Source: Planctomycetota bacterium (GTDB taxonomy: Bacteria; Planctomycetota; Phycisphaerae; Phycisphaerales; Phycisphaeraceae). From it: a DNA stretch of 64,000 bases. The position numbers were made by a program, and so were the translations under genes. Location of the stretch: positions 4,098 to 68,097 of the forward strand of contig JBCDJW010000003.1 of the NCBI GenBank assembly GCA_038747275.1. Direction: 5' to 3'. Of this stretch, positions 57,887 through 64,000 are shown piece after piece. The notes under the pieces are model-generated. The model was not told where the DNA came from. It saw nothing but the letters and a program-made list of their open reading frames with translations, and searched no databases. Position 1 is the stretch's first letter. Each line of letters starts with the position of its first letter.

Positions 57887-58279
57887 CTACTGCCCGGAAC
57901 CGCGGAGGGCGGCGGCTTCTTGATACCCGGCGTATTGGCCGGTATCCATCAACGAAAACGTGATAAACAGCGTCACGAACAGGAGCGAGACGACGAGGAT
58001 GATGCCGTTCAGCGGGGCGTCCCAACGCAGGTGCATGAAGTACAGCCCGACCACCGCGGCCTTGACCAATGCGATCGCCATCGCAACGACGAGGTTCATC
58101 TCGTAGCCAAAGTCGAGCTTCGTCACCGCCACGGTGATGAACGTCAGGAACATCAGGACGAGGAAGATGCTGAACAAGAAGCCCAACGGCACCACGTGGT
58201 GGGCGTGATCGCCCCCGGAATGACCGTGGTGATCGTCGTCGTGGTGCGTATCGTGCTCGGGGTGGGCGGTTTCGGACAT
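57887..58279 (-). CDS. Cytochrome c oxidase subunit IV (caa3-type)
   Basis: LTFITVA, IALVKAAVVGLYFMHLRWD; His-rich N-terminus. Confidence 0.92.
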   Translation of the reverse strand: MSETAHPEHDTHHDDDHHGHSGGDHAHHVVPLGFLFSIFLVLMFLTFITVAVTKLDFGYEMNLVVAMAIALVKAAVVGLYFMHLRWDAPLNGIILVVSLLFVTLFITFSLMDTGQYAGYQEAAALRGSGQ

Positions 58280-58289
58280 TTTTTTATCT

Positions 58290-58360
58290 TTAGCCCCGGG
58301 CTCTGCCCGGGGGTGGGTTTCAGGTTACGCCGGTCGCCCCCGGGAGGAGCCCGGGGCTAA
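58290..58360. repeat. Long imperfect inverted repeat (26-bp stem, 19-nt loop) filling the subunit III-IV intergenic space
   Basis: TTAGCCCCGGGCTCTGCCCGGGGGTG pairs with CGCCCCCGGGAGGAGCCCGGGGCTAA (one mismatch, two G-T). Confidence 0.9.
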
Positions 58361-58365
58361 TGGGG

Positions 58366-59700
58366 TCAGTGGATCAGGTACAGCAGCGGGAACAGGAAAA
58401 TCCAGATCAGGTCAACCAAGTGCCAGTAGAGGCCGACGAGGTCGACGGGGGTGTAGTACTCGGGGCTAAAGGCGGGGCCGCCGTAGCCGCTGAGGCCGGC
58501 AAAGTTCAGGCCGCCGCTGACCAGGGCCGCGACGATGCAGACGCCGATAGAGACCCACAGCCAGACCGGGAAGCCGACGAGCATACCAACGAACACCAGG
58601 AACGCAGCGACACCAACCGAGGCAACCGGGCCGACGAGGGCTTTGATGATCGGCCCGCCGGAGAGGTAGGTGACCCAGGCGATCAGACCCATGCCGATGA
58701 GCACGTGGATGCCGTGCAGGCCGGTCATCATGAAGTAGATCTGGAAGAAGATGTGGGTCGCGTTGGCTTGGAGCGGGGCGAGTTCGTCGAACTCGGGGTA
58801 GTGGCTGCCGTGGTGCTCGATCTGGCGGGCACCGATGCCGGTGGCGAAGGACTGGGGGCCGGTCGGGATGTCGACTCGGCCGTCGGCAAGGCTGTCGATC
58901 AGCCCGGCTTGGGCGTAGGCGGGGCGGACGATCGTAGAAACCTCGATGACCGGGGGAGCGGCCGGTGTCGACAGCGGCTCGGCCGTTGCCTCGGCGTATT
59001 TATCGCCGCCGTAGGAATCTTCTTTGTGGCCGTCGTCGTGATGTTCGGCGTTGTCGGCGTGGCTGTCCGCTTTGGCGTGGGCCTCGTCGACGTGGCCGTC
59101 TTTGCCGTGGTCATCGGCCTTGGCGTAACCGTCTTTTTCTTTGCCGTGGTCGCCTTCGTGATCCCCGTATTCGTCGCCGTGGCCGGCGGTTCCGTACTTT
59201 TTCTTTTGTTTCTTTTCGAGGTATTTCAGAGCGTGCTCCGCTCCGTCGGGGTTCATCAGCTCGCCGCCGGTTTGGTAGAAGCCGTTGATCCCGCCGACCC
59301 AGATGTCGTGCGAGTATTTGCCTTCGTACTCGATCGACTTAATGACCATGAAGCCGGCCCCGCCCAGCAGCGTGACGCAGAGCAGGGCGACGAGAAGCCG
59401 GGTCTGGCCGAGCTGCGAGGCGCGGACGCCCCAGGCCATCGTGAACGACGAAGCCAGCAGCACCGCCGTGTTGATCGCGCCCCACGTCGTGTCGAGGTAC
59501 TGGTGGGCGAAGAGGAAGATCTCGGGGTGGTTACCGCGGTAGACCGAGTAGGCACAGAACAGGCCGCCGAACATCAGGATCTCGGTGGCGAGGAAGACCC
59601 ACATGCCCAGCTTGTGCGACTCGAGCTGCTGCTCGGAGGTGTCGAAGTGGTGCGCCAGGTGGGCGGGGTGGTCGTGATCGTGGTGGTGTGCGTCGCTCAT
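58366..59700 (-). CDS. ctaE: Cytochrome c oxidase subunit III with large His/Asp-rich and TM insertions
   Basis: KLGMWVFLATEILMFGGLF, NTAVLLASS, MTGLHGIHV, GLYWHLVDLIWIFLFPLLY; 444 aa. Confidence 0.92.
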   Translation of the reverse strand: MSDAHHHDHDHPAHLAHHFDTSEQQLESHKLGMWVFLATEILMFGGLFCAYSVYRGNHPEIFLFAHQYLDTTWGAINTAVLLASSFTMAWGVRASQLGQTRLLVALLCVTLLGGAGFMVIKSIEYEGKYSHDIWVGGINGFYQTGGELMNPDGAEHALKYLEKKQKKKYGTAGHGDEYGDHEGDHGKEKDGYAKADDHGKDGHVDEAHAKADSHADNAEHHDDGHKEDSYGGDKYAEATAEPLSTPAAPPVIEVSTIVRPAYAQAGLIDSLADGRVDIPTGPQSFATGIGARQIEHHGSHYPEFDELAPLQANATHIFFQIYFMMTGLHGIHVLIGMGLIAWVTYLSGGPIIKALVGPVASVGVAAFLVFVGMLVGFPVWLWVSIGVCIVAALVSGGLNFAGLSGYGGPAFSPEYYTPVDLVGLYWHLVDLIWIFLFPLLYLIH

Positions 59701-59802
59701 GGCGTGTAAGTGGCCGCAGAAGCGGCTCTGATGGACATACTCTCAAATTACCAGATCGGCTTCCCGGTTGTCGCGGCCGGGGTGCCGCAGGGATTCGTTT
59801 TT

Positions 59803-59839
59803 GTTGAAAGGAGCCCGCGGCGTTTCCGCCGGGGGCTCC
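59803..59839 (-). terminator. Terminator-like hairpin between subunit I and subunit III genes
   Basis: Minus strand GGAGCCCCCGGCG-GAAA-CGCCGCGGGCTCC followed by only TTTC (weak U-tract). Confidence 0.5.
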
Positions 59840-59858
59840 GAGGGTTCGGGGTTTGGTT

Positions 59859-61736
<1,878 letters not shown>

Positions 61737-61853
61737 TGGTTTGTCCTCGGTCTTCTCTGCTACGCCGAGCGAATCATGCCGTCGGCGGGTTTTTGATCGA
61801 ATAACTGGTCTGGAACTGGTGGTCTGGTCTGGTCGTAGACCGGTTGGGGTTTA

Positions 61854-62984
61854 TCAGGCGGCGGTTTCGGGTTCTTCTTCGCCGCCTTCACCATCGGCGG
61901 GCAGGTCTTCGGTGCCGTCGTAGCCTTCGGGGAAGGCTTCGAGGTCTTGGCCTTGTGGGTAGGTGGTCGGGGCGTGGGTCTTCATGAACTCGACGAGGGC
62001 GTAGATGTCGCCGGCGTTGAGCTGGGTCTCGGGGTAGGCGCTCATGTTGCCCGCCGCCCAGCCCGCGGCCTTGCGGCGGTTGGGGTAGCGGATCGACTCG
62101 TTGATGTACTCGATGCCGACGACGTCGACGTCTTCGCCGACGGCCATGGCGTAGTTCTGCTTGCCGTAGAGGTTCTGCCAAGTTGGGCCGGTGCCGGCCG
62201 AGCCGTTGACCGAGTGGCACTGGTTGCAGCCGGCCTTGACGTAGATCTCGGCCCCGAGTTCGACGGGCGTCAGCCCGCCGGGGTTCCAGATGTTGATGTC
62301 GGCCAGCTTCTGCTCCCACTGGCTGGCGTGGACGACCACCGCGTAGGTGTTCATCTGCGAGTGGCCCTGGCCGCAGTACTCGGTGCAGTGCAGGCGGAGC
62401 GATTTCTCGGGGTTCTCGGCCGAGACGATCGTCGGGTCCGGCTCGAACCACATCTGGTTGAACCGGCCCGGCACGACGTCCTTCTTCGCCCGGAACGCGG
62501 GGATGTACAGGCTGTGCAGCACGTCCTTAGATTCGAGGATCAGCTTCGTCGGCCGGTCGGAAGGGATGTACAGGGTCTGGCTGGTCGCGCCGTTGGGGTA
62601 GTAGAAGTTCCAGCCCCACTTGTACGCCTCGGCCCGGATCTGGTAGGCGTTGCCCGCCCGCGGCGGCGTGGACATGTCGAGGTAGCCCGTGAAGCCCACG
62701 GCAAAAATAATTAGCACAATGATCACCGGCGGCAGGGTCCAGGCGATCTCGATCGGTGTCGAGTGCGTGATGCCCTCGCCGATCTCGCTCTTGTCTTTCT
62801 GACGGAACTTGACGGCGAAGACCACCATCAACGCCCCGATCAGGATCGTGAAGAAGTAGCACACGGCGATCACGAAGCCGTTGAGCACGTCGACGTTGTC
62901 TTCAAACCCGCCGGCGCCCTCGGGCATCCAGGGGGCGTTGAGCCATTTGAAGAATTCGGTGAGGAACGCGAGTGTCATAGTCAA
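61854..62984 (-). CDS. ctaC: Cytochrome c oxidase subunit II with C-terminal cytochrome c (caa3)
   Basis: DVLHS, CuA HCTEYCGQGHSQM, heme motif CNQCH. Confidence 0.97.
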   Translation of the reverse strand: MTMTLAFLTEFFKWLNAPWMPEGAGGFEDNVDVLNGFVIAVCYFFTILIGALMVVFAVKFRQKDKSEIGEGITHSTPIEIAWTLPPVIIVLIIFAVGFTGYLDMSTPPRAGNAYQIRAEAYKWGWNFYYPNGATSQTLYIPSDRPTKLILESKDVLHSLYIPAFRAKKDVVPGRFNQMWFEPDPTIVSAENPEKSLRLHCTEYCGQGHSQMNTYAVVVHASQWEQKLADINIWNPGGLTPVELGAEIYVKAGCNQCHSVNGSAGTGPTWQNLYGKQNYAMAVGEDVDVVGIEYINESIRYPNRRKAAGWAAGNMSAYPETQLNAGDIYALVEFMKTHAPTTYPQGQDLEAFPEGYDGTEDLPADGEGGEEEPETAA

Positions 62985-63116
62985 ACCTTAGTATTAATCC
63001 TAGTCGGCCTGCGGCCGTCTTCCCCCTTGGTTTCTGGCAAAAATCCTCAAAAATCTGCGGTTTTTTGTCCGCAAAGGCCGACTCCGCCGGCCCTCTTCCC
63101 CCGATTAAGCCCCCGT

Positions 63117-64000
63117 TTACCCCGCGGCCAATGCCTCGGCTTCCGATAACCGCCGGTTCCGCTTCTTCTCGAAGTAGAGCAGGCTGCTGATTACCGCGAT
63201 GACCAGCACCAGCGTGAACGCTCCGCCGGCCTTCATCAAGGTCAGGGGGTTGATGATGAAGGCGTTGGCTGAGTCGTCGTAGCGGTAGCAGATCTGTAGC
63301 AGCACATCGAAGATCGAGCCTTGCTTGCCCTGGGCCGATTCGCCGAGGGCGAGGCGGAAGTCACGCTGGGGGAAGACGTGCCCGGGCAGGTAGCGGGTGA
63401 TCGACGCTTCGGGGGAGGCGAAGACCAATACCGGGGCGTGGGTGAAGTCGTTGGTTTGGGGGATCGCGGCGTATTTGAAGCCCGCGGCGTCGGCGACGCG
63501 TTGGATGTCGATCTCGCGGCCGGTCAGGAAATGCCAGCCGTCGCGGGCCCCGGCGGCCAGGGGCGTTTCGCCTTGGGCATCGGTGTTGACACCGGCTTGG
63601 AAGCGGGCGAGGACTTGGTCCTGCTGCCGCTTGGCCGAGACGGGGTTGTCGTCGGGGTTGATGCTGATCGTCAGGATGGTGAACGATTCGCCGGGGACCC
63701 AGTCGCCCTCGGCGTCGGGGTTGATCGGCTGGCCGACCTCGTCGAAGGTGACGCCGTTGACTTCTTGGGTCGCCTTGATCATGCCGCTAATCACCAGCGG
63801 GCAGAGCAGGGGGCAGTCGAAGTAGGCGAATTCGATGAGGACGGGCTTGTCCTTGAAGAAGTAGTTGCCGAGGGTGACGGGCTGGCCGTTCTGGTCGACG
63901 AACTTGGCGTCGAGCGGCAGGAGGTTGCCGATCTTCTGCTCGACGGGGTCTTCGTAGATCGCCTGGGCCTCGGGGGGCAGGGGGGTGGCGGCGTTGCCGA
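63117..64000 (-). CDS. SCO1/SenC family copper chaperone (5' end off the window)
   Basis: Reading frame is open to the window edge: ...LPLDAKFVDQNGQPVTLGNYF...YFDCPLLCP (CxxxC), HAP, C-terminal TM. Confidence 0.93.
   Translation of the reverse strand, partial: GNAATPLPPEAQAIYEDPVEQKIGNLLPLDAKFVDQNGQPVTLGNYFFKDKPVLIEFAYFDCPLLCPLVISGMIKATQEVNGVTFDEVGQPINPDAEGDWVPGESFTILTISINPDDNPVSAKRQQDQVLARFQAGVNTDAQGETPLAAGARDGWHFLTGREIDIQRVADAAGFKYAAIPQTNDFTHAPVLVFASPEASITRYLPGHVFPQRDFRLALGESAQGKQGSIFDVLLQICYRYDDSANAFIINPLTLMKAGGAFTLVLVIAVISSLLYFEKKRNRRLSEAEALAAG

Overview
High-GC bacterial chromosomal segment, most consistent with a marine planctomycete (Phycisphaerae-like). This is an inference from gene content: sulfatase, GH16, STAS/PP2C and ECF signalling, and an A2-type caa3 oxidase cluster. 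Housekeeping genes (greA, pgeF, rpe, pgk, ygfZ, tRNA-Asn, tRNA-Gln, partial cox/SCO operon) are mixed with regulator-transporter modules (YtrA/GntR-ABC, AraC-RND, TetR-SDR). I found no integrase, transposase, phage gene, CRISPR array or rRNA. The most striking locus is an operon at 29811-33621: ECF sigma factor, membrane anti-sigma candidate with a C-terminal dockerin, secreted stand-alone cohesin-like protein, and VIT-vWA lipoprotein. It suggests cohesin-dockerin-based transmembrane signalling outside a cellulosome. Other notable items are two intergenic candidate sRNAs sharing an exact 12-nt motif fused to a terminator, an ExxHGH (PTPS-III type) QueD paralogue, a permease with a low-GC central domain, His-rich insertions in oxidase subunits, and an isolated trio of Tad-type pseudopilins. 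All protein calls come from motifs read by eye; no database search was run.
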